From positions 510,001-542,000 of the forward strand of contig OY970071.1 of NCBI GenBank assembly GCA_963705375.1: a stretch of 32,000 nucleotides of DNA. The letters are read 5' to 3'. The notes beneath the pieces are model-generated. The model saw only the letters and a program-made list of their open reading frames with translations. It was not told where the DNA came from and did no database searches. Origin of the DNA: Candidatus Saccharimonadota bacterium (lineage in GTDB: Archaea; Micrarchaeota; Micrarchaeia; Micrarchaeales; Micrarchaeaceae). Both the position numbers and the translations under genes were made by a program. How positions within the stretch are numbered: the stretch's first letter is position 1; each line of letters begins with the position of its first letter. Positions 22,791-30,860 of the stretch are shown here, in pieces.

Positions 22791-23038
22791 TGTCGACAGT
22801 AGCAGTTCTTTTCAGGATCTACCCGAAAGAAGGCATGCTCGAAAAGGTCATGCAGAACATAGGAGACGCGCTCAAGCCAGTAGGCATGCAGATGGAAGAC
22901 ATAGCATTCGGCATAAAGACAGTGAAAGCACTCTTCAAGTTCGACGACGAAAAGACAGGCTCTTCGAACATAGAGCAATCACTGAAGGAAGTTGAGGGCG
23001 TTGAAGAAGTCGAAGTGCTGGAAGAGAGCCTCTTATAA
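22790..23038 (+). CDS. ef1b: translation elongation factor aEF-1 beta
   Basis: The sequence MSTVAVLFRIYPKEG...EDIAFGIKTVKALFKFDDEKTGSSNIEQSLKEVEGVEEVEVLEESLL fits archaeal EF-1beta in length and pattern. The ORF-track start at 22760 would overlap the zinc-ribbon gene; the ATG at 22790 fits. Confidence 0.85.
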   Translation: MSTVAVLFRIYPKEGMLEKVMQNIGDALKPVGMQMEDIAFGIKTVKALFKFDDEKTGSSNIEQSLKEVEGVEEVEVLEESLL

Positions 23039-23178
23039 CGCATTTTGAGAGAAATCTGAAGATTTCGCGGTTTTTGACGCGCCGTAAGAGAAGCGGCATA
23101 GAGCAGGAATGCGCCTTAGCTTTTATACTTTGCAAACAAAGCATTCGCGTACGGCGTGCATGACGCGGGTGGTGCGGC

Positions 23179-25479
23179 ATGATTGAATACATAGAGCTTA
23201 CAAACTGGAAGACGCACAGGCACACTGTGATGAACTTCCAGAGCGGCGTGAATGTGCTCATAGGGGTGATGGGCGCAGGCAAGAGCTCTGTGATGGATGC
23301 TATTTCGTTCGCGCTTTTTGGCACGTTCCCGGCACTCTCGCACAGACGTACAAGCATAGAAAACGTCATCTCAAGCAGGCCTGAACGCGAAAATTCTTCT
23401 GAGATAAAACTCCGCTTCGTAGCCGATGGGAACAGCTACACGATAACGAGAGGCATAAGCAGGAACGGCGGCACCACTGCCAGGCTTGAAAAGAACGGAA
23501 GCTATATGCAGGCCCAGCCAGAGAGGGTCAATGAAGAGATAGCGAACCTGCTGAAAGTGGACTATGACACGTTCTCAAGAGCAGTATACTCTGAACAGAA
23601 CAAGCTGGCATACTTCCTGGAGCTTGCAAAGGGCGAACGCAAAAAGCAGATAGACCATATGCTAGGCCTCGACAGTTTCGCTAAGGCCGAAGAGAACTGC
23701 ATATCGCTGGTGAACAGCATAAAGAGCATGGTGATTGATGAAGAGAAGGTCCTTTCAGGCATAGACGCAGAAGAGCTTAAGCGGCAGATCGTGAAGCTCT
23801 CTGCCGAAAAGCAGAGGCTGAGGGACGAGCAGGAAAGGCTCGCTGCAGGATCAAAAGGCGTAAAGGACAGCATAGCGCAGCTCACCAAGGAGCTTTCCGC
23901 GCTCAAGGAGGAGCATGATGCAAAAAGGAAGTTGGTCAACGAGATCTCCGCACTGCAAAGCAGAACATCGACGCTTAAGGAGCAACTGGACAAGCTCGTA
24001 GTTCATGAGAATGACGAGAAGCTGGTGAAGCAGAAACTTGCGGAATCCAAGAAGCTCACCGAATCCGCAGACTCAGACCTCAGAAAGTTAAGGAGCGAGT
24101 GCAGCACTCTGGAAGGAAAGATTGGCAGCACAGGAACGGCACTCAGAGCCGAAAGGAAGAGCAAGGAAGAGAAGGACATGCTTGTTAGTAGGTTGAAGAG
24201 CACGCCAGAGGCACTGAAGGAAGAGTGCGCCAAAATTGAAAGTGCGCTGGGAGAGTGCGTCAGCAGGAACGCTGCGCTCAAGGCCGGAAGGGCCGAACTC
24301 GTGTCATGGATAAAAGAGCTCGGTAAAGACCATACAAAATGCCCTGTGTGCGAGAGAGACCTTGATCTGGAATTCAGGAAGGCACTTCTTGACAATAAGA
24401 GCGCGGCGCTGCAGGCGCTCGAGGCGTCGACAGCGAAGAGCGATGGTGAGCTCGCCGATATGAAGCGCAAGGAGAAGGATGCAGTAGAGTGGTACAACAC
24501 GGCAAGGAATGATTCTGAAAAGATCAACAGGTACAAGGATGTCGAGGCAAACATCGAATCGCTGGCAACACAGGAAGTGCAGGCGAAGGAGCGTTTGAAG
24601 ACACTCACAACAAACATAGACAATGCAGAAGAAGTGAAAGAGAAGGCAAACAAGGATCTTCATGAAATCGAGAAGGAGCTGGATGCGATAGTGAAAAAGG
24701 CTGCATATGAAAAAGAAATCGCACAGACCACAGCCACGATCGAGAAAAAGGAATCCGAGCTTGGCGCATTGAAAGTCGATGACAAAGAGATCGACGTGGT
24801 GCAGGATTCGCTCAGGAAGGAGAGCAGCACGCTTGGAGACATCAATGCCAAACTGGAGAGCAGCACGCGCATCATGTCGGAGATAGACACGCAGCTTGCA
24901 GACAAGACCAAGCAGGCAGCGAATGCAGAGGCTATGCAGGCACACATAGCGCAAAGACGCACACAGGCAAGCAATCTCACCAAGTTCAAGGACGCGTTGA
25001 TAGAAACTGAGGCACTTTTGAGGAACCAGTTAGTCACGTCGATAAATAACATGATGCAGAACGTGTGGCGCGAACTCTATCCTTATTCGGACTACACTGC
25101 AATACGGTTGAACGCGACCAAAGAGGACTATGCGCTTGAAGTATGCACAGGCACCACCGGCAGCGGCGCCTGGTCAGAGCTCGATGCCATGGCCAGCGGA
25201 GGAGAGCGCAGCATCGCCTGCCTTGCAATGCGCATAGCAATGGCGATGGTGACTGTTCCGAACCTGCGCTGGCTCATACTCGACGAGCCTACCCACAACA
25301 TCGACGAGAGGGGCATATCGAACATCATCGAGATATTCGGAAGCACACTTCCTAAGGTCGTAGAGCAGATTTTCATAATAACCCACGATCCTGACTTGAA
25401 GAACATAGCCTCTGCAAAAGTGTACCAACTGGAGAAAGACAAAGACAGAAACGAGCCCACAAAGGTCAGCACACTCTGA
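23179..25479 (+). CDS. rad50: Rad50-type SMC ATPase (DNA double-strand break repair)
   Basis: It has Walker A (GVMGAGKSS), a long K/E-rich coiled coil with a central zinc-hook CPVC, the signature motif SGGERSIACLAMRIAMA, and Walker B (LILDEPTHNID). Confidence 0.88.
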   Translation: MIEYIELTNWKTHRHTVMNFQSGVNVLIGVMGAGKSSVMDAISFALFGTFPALSHRRTSIENVISSRPERENSSEIKLRFVADGNSYTITRGISRNGGTTARLEKNGSYMQAQPERVNEEIANLLKVDYDTFSRAVYSEQNKLAYFLELAKGERKKQIDHMLGLDSFAKAEENCISLVNSIKSMVIDEEKVLSGIDAEELKRQIVKLSAEKQRLRDEQERLAAGSKGVKDSIAQLTKELSALKEEHDAKRKLVNEISALQSRTSTLKEQLDKLVVHENDEKLVKQKLAESKKLTESADSDLRKLRSECSTLEGKIGSTGTALRAERKSKEEKDMLVSRLKSTPEALKEECAKIESALGECVSRNAALKAGRAELVSWIKELGKDHTKCPVCERDLDLEFRKALLDNKSAALQALEASTAKSDGELADMKRKEKDAVEWYNTARNDSEKINRYKDVEANIESLATQEVQAKERLKTLTTNIDNAEEVKEKANKDLHEIEKELDAIVKKAAYEKEIAQTTATIEKKESELGALKVDDKEIDVVQDSLRKESSTLGDINAKLESSTRIMSEIDTQLADKTKQAANAEAMQAHIAQRRTQASNLTKFKDALIETEALLRNQLVTSINNMMQNVWRELYPYSDYTAIRLNATKEDYALEVCTGTTGSGAWSELDAMASGGERSIACLAMRIAMAMVTVPNLRWLILDEPTHNIDERGISNIIEIFGSTLPKVVEQIFIITHDPDLKNIASAKVYQLEKDKDRNEPTKVSTL

Positions 25480-25482
25480 CTG

Positions 25483-26544
25483 TCATAGGCTCTCTAGACC
25501 CAGAGAACTGCCGCCTTCTTCTTTTTTCGAAGCTTCGCCGAGGATCTGCGGACTCCTGACTCCTGTGAATATGGATATGACCTCGATTCTGCCGTTGTAT
25601 GCAGGGTCTATCCTTGCGCCCCATATGACATTGGCGTTCGGCGCAGACATCTCGGTAAGCCGTCTTCCGACCTCATTTGCCTCGCCAAGCGTCATATCCT
25701 CTCCGCCACGTATGTGCAGCAGTATTCCTGTAGCGCCTTCGTAATCAACATCGAGCAGTTTGTTTTTAAGCGCGTTTGAAACGGCATCCTCGACCTTGTT
25801 GCTGCCCTGCCCTTCTCCGACGCTTATCATCGCGATGCCGCCGTTCTTCATTATGTTCCTTATGTCGGCAAAGTCGATGTTTATCAGGCTTGGCGTGTTT
25901 ATCGTCTCGGTTATGCCGCGAACGGCCCTTGAGGCGACCTCATCTGCGACTTTGAATGCCTGTTCGATTGCGAGATTAGGGTATACATCAACAAGGCGCT
26001 GGTTGTCTATGACTATCAGCGTGTCGACATGCTTTCTCAGCTCTTCGATGCCTTTCCTCGCGATGTTTATCCTCACGCGCTCCAGCATGAACGGGAAGGT
26101 TACGATGCCTATGACTATGCCGCCGTTGCTCTTTGCTATGTCGGCCACAAGAGGCGCAGCGCCTGTGCCTGTGCCGCCGCCCATGCCGGCAGTAACGAAA
26201 AGAAGGTTGCTGTCCTGCAGTGCCGCTTCAATGTCGCGCCTGGAATATTCGGCTGCTTTTGCACCCATCTCTGGGAAGCCCCCGGCTCCGAGGCCGCGCG
26301 TAAGCGTCCCTCCGATAAGTATTCGCCTTATGCTTGCGTCAAGGCTGCCGAGATGCCTGCCATCAGTGTTCACAGCTACTAGGTTTGCACCGTGTACGCC
26401 AATCTTGCTCAATCTCTGCACAGTGTTGGACCCTCCGCCACCAACACCACAAACAGCTATGTTTGTCCTGAAGATTTCTTCCCCGTTTTCTGGCGCAGTA
26501 ACGCTTTCTTCTATGTCTATGCAAACACCAACCAAGTAACACAT
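25483..26544 (-). CDS. ftsZ: cell division GTPase FtsZ
   Basis: The motifs GVGGGGSNTV and the tubulin signature GMGGGTGTGAAP are present. The ORF-track GTG at 26589 lies only about 5 nt from a TATA-like box (AAGTATAAAAGG), so I prefer the in-frame ATG at 26544; the start remains uncertain. Confidence 0.9.
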   Translation of the reverse strand: MCYLVGVCIDIEESVTAPENGEEIFRTNIAVCGVGGGGSNTVQRLSKIGVHGANLVAVNTDGRHLGSLDASIRRILIGGTLTRGLGAGGFPEMGAKAAEYSRRDIEAALQDSNLLFVTAGMGGGTGTGAAPLVADIAKSNGGIVIGIVTFPFMLERVRINIARKGIEELRKHVDTLIVIDNQRLVDVYPNLAIEQAFKVADEVASRAVRGITETINTPSLINIDFADIRNIMKNGGIAMISVGEGQGSNKVEDAVSNALKNKLLDVDYEGATGILLHIRGGEDMTLGEANEVGRRLTEMSAPNANVIWGARIDPAYNGRIEVISIFTGVRSPQILGEASKKEEGGSSLGLESL

Positions 26545-26657
26545 AGAAGTTATAAAAATGTGAGCATACGGCGGCGTACCACGAGACACGTAGCCTTTTA
26601 TACTTTAATGCGAAACCATATAACGCGAATTCTGTATATTCGACAGTATGTGATGTT

Positions 26658-27176
26658 ATGGCAAGGCTTAGACCCGCAAGAACGTGCAGAAGAGTGAATT
26701 CACAGGCATGGGCAAGGTACTCTCTCAGAAAGCCCAAGAAGAATTACATAAGAGCAAGGCCGCACACAAGCCTGAATGTGTTCAAGATGGGCGCGGAGAA
26801 CCCTGATTTTGACGTGAAAATGACGCTTGAATCACAGCAGGACGTGCAGTTGCGCTCTAACGCACTTGAAGCGGCAAGGCAGAACGCAAACAAGCACCTG
26901 GAAAAAACGATACCGGAAGGCTATATCTTCAGAGTGCTCGTCTATCCGCACAATGTGATAAGAGAGCACAGAATGGCCGTGGGTGCAGGCGCTGACAGAA
27001 TATCACAGGGTATGGCCCATTCGTATGGCAGGCCGGTCTCGGTTGCAGCAAGGATAAGGAAAAATCAGGCAATATTCCTCATAAAGACGAAGAAAGAGAA
27101 CGTCCCTGTAGCGCACAAAGCCTTCATAAGGGCGATGTCAAAGCTGTCCGGAGCCTACAAGATAAGAACGTCGTAA
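26658..27176 (+). CDS. rpl10e: 50S ribosomal protein L10e (uL16)
   Basis: The sequence MARLRPARTCRR...YPHNVIREHRMAVGAGADRISQGM fits L10e. Confidence 0.92.
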   Translation: MARLRPARTCRRVNSQAWARYSLRKPKKNYIRARPHTSLNVFKMGAENPDFDVKMTLESQQDVQLRSNALEAARQNANKHLEKTIPEGYIFRVLVYPHNVIREHRMAVGAGADRISQGMAHSYGRPVSVAARIRKNQAIFLIKTKKENVPVAHKAFIRAMSKLSGAYKIRTS

Positions 27177-27182
27177 GATTAG

Positions 27183-28106
27183 ATGCGAATTATTCTGCAG
27201 TTTCCAGAGGGACTGAAGCAGAAGGCCCTCGAGCATGCCAAAGCGCTGGAAAAGCAAGGCCATGAGGTATTCGTCTCCGCTTCTCCTATGTTTGGCGCGT
27301 GCGATCTGGCCGTAGCGGAAGCAAAAGAGATCGGCGCAGACAAGATAGTGCACTTCGGCCACAACGAATTCAAGCATGTCGACTTCAACGTAGAGTACGT
27401 GCCTTACAGCATAGACGCACCGTTGGATGTGCTTGAAGTCTCAATGAAGCATCTCCAGGACTACGGGACACTTGGCATTGTGACCACAGTCCAGCATGTG
27501 CACCAGCTGGATGCGATAAAAACCTTCTACGAGAAGAGAGAGAAGCGCGTCATCATAGGCAAGCCGTACGGTTCTTCGAAGGTGCCAGGCCAGATACTCG
27601 GCTGTGATGCAGGCAGTGCCGCAAACATAGACGCACAAGTCGATGCGCACATATATTTCGGTGGTGGAAGATTCCATCCGCTTGGCGCACTCCTTGCGAC
27701 AACGAAGCCTTTCTTTGTGGTCGATCCTTTCGGCAAGGAAGTGGAGTGCATCGACAAATACAGGAAGATCTACAGCCAGAAAAGCAGAGGCAAGGTCCTG
27801 AGCTCGCTTGATGCGAAGAGCTTTGCGATAATGGTCAGCACGAAGAGCGGCCAGTTCAACATGGACCTTGCGAAAGTGCTTAAGAAAAAGATAGACGACA
27901 GCGGCCTTGATGCGCAGATAGTCGTGGCGAACACCTTTGATTTCGAGGCGCTGAACAACATGCGCTGCTTCGATGCCTTCGTCAATACCGCGTGCCCTAG
28001 GATGGCCATGGATGACACTGACAGGCTTATGAAGCCACTCCTTAGCGCGAAGGAGCTTGTCGAAGTCCTCACTATGAAGAAGGAGCTAGACGCTATCAAA
28101 AAGTAA
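27183..28106 (+). CDS. dph2: diphthamide biosynthesis protein Dph2 (2-(3-amino-3-carboxypropyl)histidine synthase)
   Basis: The sequence ILQFPEGLKQKALE...GACDLAVAEAKEIGADKIVHFGH, a three-domain length, and conserved Cys residues fit Dph2. The gene follows L10e by 6 nt. Confidence 0.8.
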   Translation: MRIILQFPEGLKQKALEHAKALEKQGHEVFVSASPMFGACDLAVAEAKEIGADKIVHFGHNEFKHVDFNVEYVPYSIDAPLDVLEVSMKHLQDYGTLGIVTTVQHVHQLDAIKTFYEKREKRVIIGKPYGSSKVPGQILGCDAGSAANIDAQVDAHIYFGGGRFHPLGALLATTKPFFVVDPFGKEVECIDKYRKIYSQKSRGKVLSSLDAKSFAIMVSTKSGQFNMDLAKVLKKKIDDSGLDAQIVVANTFDFEALNNMRCFDAFVNTACPRMAMDDTDRLMKPLLSAKELVEVLTMKKELDAIKK

Positions 28107-28114
28107 AGGAAATA

Positions 28115-28160
28115 AAAGAATGAAAGAAAGAGGAAAAGAAAGGCAACTGTTCAAGTTGCC
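28115..28160 (-). terminator. hairpin plus T-rich tract terminating pilin gene 1
   Basis: On the mRNA, GGCAAC-UUGAACA-GUUGCC (28142-28160) carries the stop codon UGA in the loop. It is followed by UUUCUUUUCCUCUUUCUUUC. Confidence 0.55.
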
Positions 28161-28627
28161 TTCACACTGAGCGAAGCAAGTTGCACGCACAAGCCGTTCA
28201 CTGTTGCTGTGTTGTAGCCCGCCCATAATGTCCCGCTAAAAGATGCACCAACAGTTGTCGGTAGTCCTTGAAACCTTGTTGGACCCGAACCGCCTGATGC
28301 GATAGGTAAGGGAGATGGAGGTATGCTATTCACCGCCGAAGCACAGCCAGTCGTACCTGTCGGATCGAGATAGAGACCAGTAAGTAGCCATGCTTGTCCC
28401 GTGGCCTGACCTATCTCGACTATCGTCAGATTGCCGTTGTGCAACACCGGACCGGAGCACGTGAACCCAGCGAGAGGTATGCACGCTGTGCTCAGAGATG
28501 CCCCTGAGTTGAACACTCCCAACGAGAACAGGGACGCTAGTACCACGGCAATTATCAGAATGGCCCATCCATAGGTCATCAGATATTCCATGGCCGATTG
28601 TGCCTTTAACTGCATTCTGGCGGACAT
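28151..28627 (-). CDS. archaeal type IV pilin-like protein with a class III signal peptide (158 aa)
   Basis: The N-terminus MSARMQLKAQSAMEYLMTYGWAILIIAVVLASLF has the class III signal pattern (a basic region, then Q.S.EYL plus a hydrophobic helix). It is a paralogue of 28772-29236. Confidence 0.85.
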   Translation of the reverse strand: MSARMQLKAQSAMEYLMTYGWAILIIAVVLASLFSLGVFNSGASLSTACIPLAGFTCSGPVLHNGNLTIVEIGQATGQAWLLTGLYLDPTGTTGCASAVNSIPPSPLPIASGGSGPTRFQGLPTTVGASFSGTLWAGYNTATVNGLCVQLASLSVKAT

Positions 28628-28654
28628 GTAAATCGGTTATATAGCAGTGCCAAG

Positions 28655-28662
28655 GTTTAAAT
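28655..28662 (-). promoter_or_regulatory. putative TATA box of pilin gene 1
   Basis: The minus strand reads CATTTAAACC about 27-36 nt upstream of the ATG at 28627. It is conserved upstream of pilin gene 2. Confidence 0.45.
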
Positions 28663-28721
28663 GATTAGTGTCAGTTGGAGTTCGAAATCTGGCGCGATAA
28701 ACCTATCACACAGTGAGGGTA

Positions 28722-28781
28722 TGAGAAATAAAAAAGGAAAAGAGGAAAAGAAAGAAAGGAAAGGCAACTGTTCAGGTTGCC
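28722..28781 (-). terminator. hairpin plus T-rich tract terminating pilin gene 2
   Basis: GGCAAC-CUGAACA-GUUGCC (28763-28781) carries the stop codon in the loop and is followed by a long U/C-rich tract. It is homologous to the element at 28115-28160. Confidence 0.55.
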
Positions 28782-29236
28782 TTCAGGCTGAGTGAAGCCA
28801 TCTGCACGCACAAGCCGTTCACTGTTTGCGTGTTGTAGCTAGCCCATATTGTTCCGCTGTCGGATGCACCTATAGATGAGGGTAGTCCTCCGAATAATGC
28901 TGATTCAGAACCACCAGATGCAAGGTCTGCGATAGAATCGTTTGCAGTAGAGGCGCAGCCTGTTGAACCTGTCGGGTCAAAATATGCGGTAATGCCCGTC
29001 CATGCACTGCCTGTAGCCTGACCTACGGTTATTGTCAAGTTACCCTGGTGCAACACAGGCCCGTAGCATGTGAACCCCGCGAGAGGTATGCACGAAGTGC
29101 TTAGAGAAGCCCCTGAGTTGAACACTCCCAACGCGAACAGGGACGCTAGTACCACGGCAATTATCAGAATGGCCCATCCATAGGTCATCAGATATTCCAT
29201 GGCCGATTGTGCCTTTAACTGCATTCTTATGGACAT
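28772..29236 (-). CDS. archaeal type IV pilin-like protein with a class III signal peptide (154 aa)
   Basis: The N-terminus MSIRMQLKAQSAMEYLMTYGWAILIIAVVLASLF is present. The first about 60 aa and the last about 20 aa are nearly identical to the protein encoded at 28151-28627. Confidence 0.85.
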   Translation of the reverse strand: MSIRMQLKAQSAMEYLMTYGWAILIIAVVLASLFALGVFNSGASLSTSCIPLAGFTCYGPVLHQGNLTITVGQATGSAWTGITAYFDPTGSTGCASTANDSIADLASGGSESALFGGLPSSIGASDSGTIWASYNTQTVNGLCVQMASLSLKAT

Positions 29237-29263
29237 GTAAATCGTCCATATAGCTATACTAAG

Positions 29264-29272
29264 ATTTAAATA
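29264..29272 (-). promoter_or_regulatory. putative TATA box of pilin gene 2
   Basis: The minus strand reads TATTTAAAT about 28-36 nt upstream of the ATG at 29236. Confidence 0.45.
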
Positions 29273-29508
29273 CCCATTGCATTATTGACGTTTAGCGGAC
29301 GTTTAAGATTTTTTACCTCTTTATTCTTCTGAGAGACCGTACTGACTTTTGACAAAGACAAAAAAAGTGATGCACATTATCGTAGCCTCCAGAGAAACTG
29401 CCCGGAGCGCAGGCGTATTTCAGAGCGTGCGACAGTGCTTTTCTGTAAGCACAACTCAGCCCATAATTGGCATTTCTTGCAAACCATTCAGGAAAAATTC
29501 AACAGGTA

Positions 29509-29518
29509 TTTTATATAT
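29509..29518 (+). promoter_or_regulatory. putative TATA box of gdhA
   Basis: TTTTATATAT lies 27 nt upstream of the ATG at 29546, which is leaderless-type spacing. Confidence 0.5.
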
Positions 29519-29545
29519 TCGCTTGTTTACTCTACTCGTGATTCG

Positions 29546-30811
29546 ATGCCAGAGGAACTTAATCCTTTCAAGATAGTGCAAAGACAATTAGAGGACACGG
29601 CAGACATCATGCACATTGACAGCGACGCATTGGCCATGCTGAAAGAGCCCATGCAGAGCGTGACTGTGAACGTGCCGGTCAGAATGCGAGATGGCAAGAC
29701 CAAGACGTTCACAGGTTTCAGGGTGCTGTACAACAATGCAAGGGGCCCAGGAAAGGGAGGAATACGATTTCATCCTGGAGAGAATATCGATACAGTGAAG
29801 GCGCTTGCAGCATGGATGACGTGGAAGTGCTCGCTTGCCAATATTCCTTATGGAGGGGCAAAGGGAGGAGTTATCTGCGACACCAAGACTATGAACGAAC
29901 AGGAATTGGAGAGCTTGTCACGAAGCTACATAAGGTCGGTAGGCAGATTCATAGGCCCGGATATAGATGTTCCGGCACCTGACGTCTACACCACCCCGCA
30001 GATCATGGCATGGATGATGGATGAGTACAGCAAGATGATGGGCAAGAACTGCTTCGGCGTGATAACCGGCAAGCCCATCGAGGTATGGGGCTCGCAAGGC
30101 AGAGGCGATGCGACAGCAATGGGAGGCATGTACGTCCTCAGAGAGGCGGCAAAGGAGAAAGGTATCAACCTCAAGAATGCCACGATAGCGATACAAGGAT
30201 TCGGCAACGCAGGCAACTTCGCCTTCGCACTTTCCAGAAAGCTGTTCGGCAGCAAGGTCGTCGCGGTGAGCGATTCTGCCGGAGGGATATACAACAAACA
30301 GGGGCTTGACTATGACAAGTGCGTCGAGGCAAAGCAGAAGGCAGGCAGCGTTCAGTCATATGGGAAAGGAGAAAAGATAACGAACGCGGAACTGTTGGAG
30401 CTCGACGTCGACGTGCTGATACCCGCAGCGATAGAGAACCAGATAACAGGCAGCAATGCCGATAGGATAAACACGAAGATACTTCTTGAGCTGGCAAACG
30501 GGCCGGTCACCCCTGAAGCAGACAGGATACTTGCGGAGAAGAAGATCTTCAACCTGCCGGACTTCTTGGTGAACTCAGGCGGAGTGATAGTCTCTTACTT
30601 CGAGTGGGTGCAGAACATGCAGGGCTATTACTGGACTGCAGACGAGGTCTACAAGCGCCTCGACACAATAATGACGCGCTCTTTCAAAGACGTCATGGAA
30701 ACGCAGAAAGCCTATGAAAAGAAGGGCACAAAGATGAATGCAAGGAATGCGGCATATGTGATTGCGGTCGACAGGGTCCTGAAGGCTATGAAGTATCGTG
30801 GCTGGTACTGA
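29546..30811 (+). CDS. gdhA: glutamate dehydrogenase (NAD(P)+)
   Basis: The motifs GPGKGGIRFHP and PYGGAKGG and the Rossmann motif IQGFGNAGN are present. The ORF-track start at 29435 adds 37 non-conserved residues that run through the TATA box; the ATG at 29546 (MPEELNPFKIVQRQL) fits the family N-terminus. Confidence 0.92.
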   Translation: MPEELNPFKIVQRQLEDTADIMHIDSDALAMLKEPMQSVTVNVPVRMRDGKTKTFTGFRVLYNNARGPGKGGIRFHPGENIDTVKALAAWMTWKCSLANIPYGGAKGGVICDTKTMNEQELESLSRSYIRSVGRFIGPDIDVPAPDVYTTPQIMAWMMDEYSKMMGKNCFGVITGKPIEVWGSQGRGDATAMGGMYVLREAAKEKGINLKNATIAIQGFGNAGNFAFALSRKLFGSKVVAVSDSAGGIYNKQGLDYDKCVEAKQKAGSVQSYGKGEKITNAELLELDVDVLIPAAIENQITGSNADRINTKILLELANGPVTPEADRILAEKKIFNLPDFLVNSGGVIVSYFEWVQNMQGYYWTADEVYKRLDTIMTRSFKDVMETQKAYEKKGTKMNARNAAYVIAVDRVLKAMKYRGWY

Positions 30812-30860
30812 ACAGTATCACAACACACATTGCACTTGCACGCGAAGCTTAGGATACGGC

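Noticed and set aside
23562-25472. Antisense ORFs of 114-216 aa opposite rad50 (23562-23993, 24003-24653, 24304-24954, 24660-25052, 25128-25472).
   Set aside because: They are Ser/Leu/Phe-rich low-complexity translations produced by the reverse complement of the Glu/Lys/Ala-rich coiled-coil codons. They have no independent signals.
25760-26539. A 259-aa plus-strand ORF opposite ftsZ.
   Set aside because: It is antisense to a gene with unmistakable FtsZ/tubulin motifs. The peptide is Pro/Ser/Met-rich with no motif.
29349-29545. A 75-aa ORF, and the 37-codon N-terminal extension of gdhA offered by the ORF track.
   Set aside because: Both run through the TATA box at 29509-29518. The family-typical GDH N-terminus begins at the ATG at 29546.
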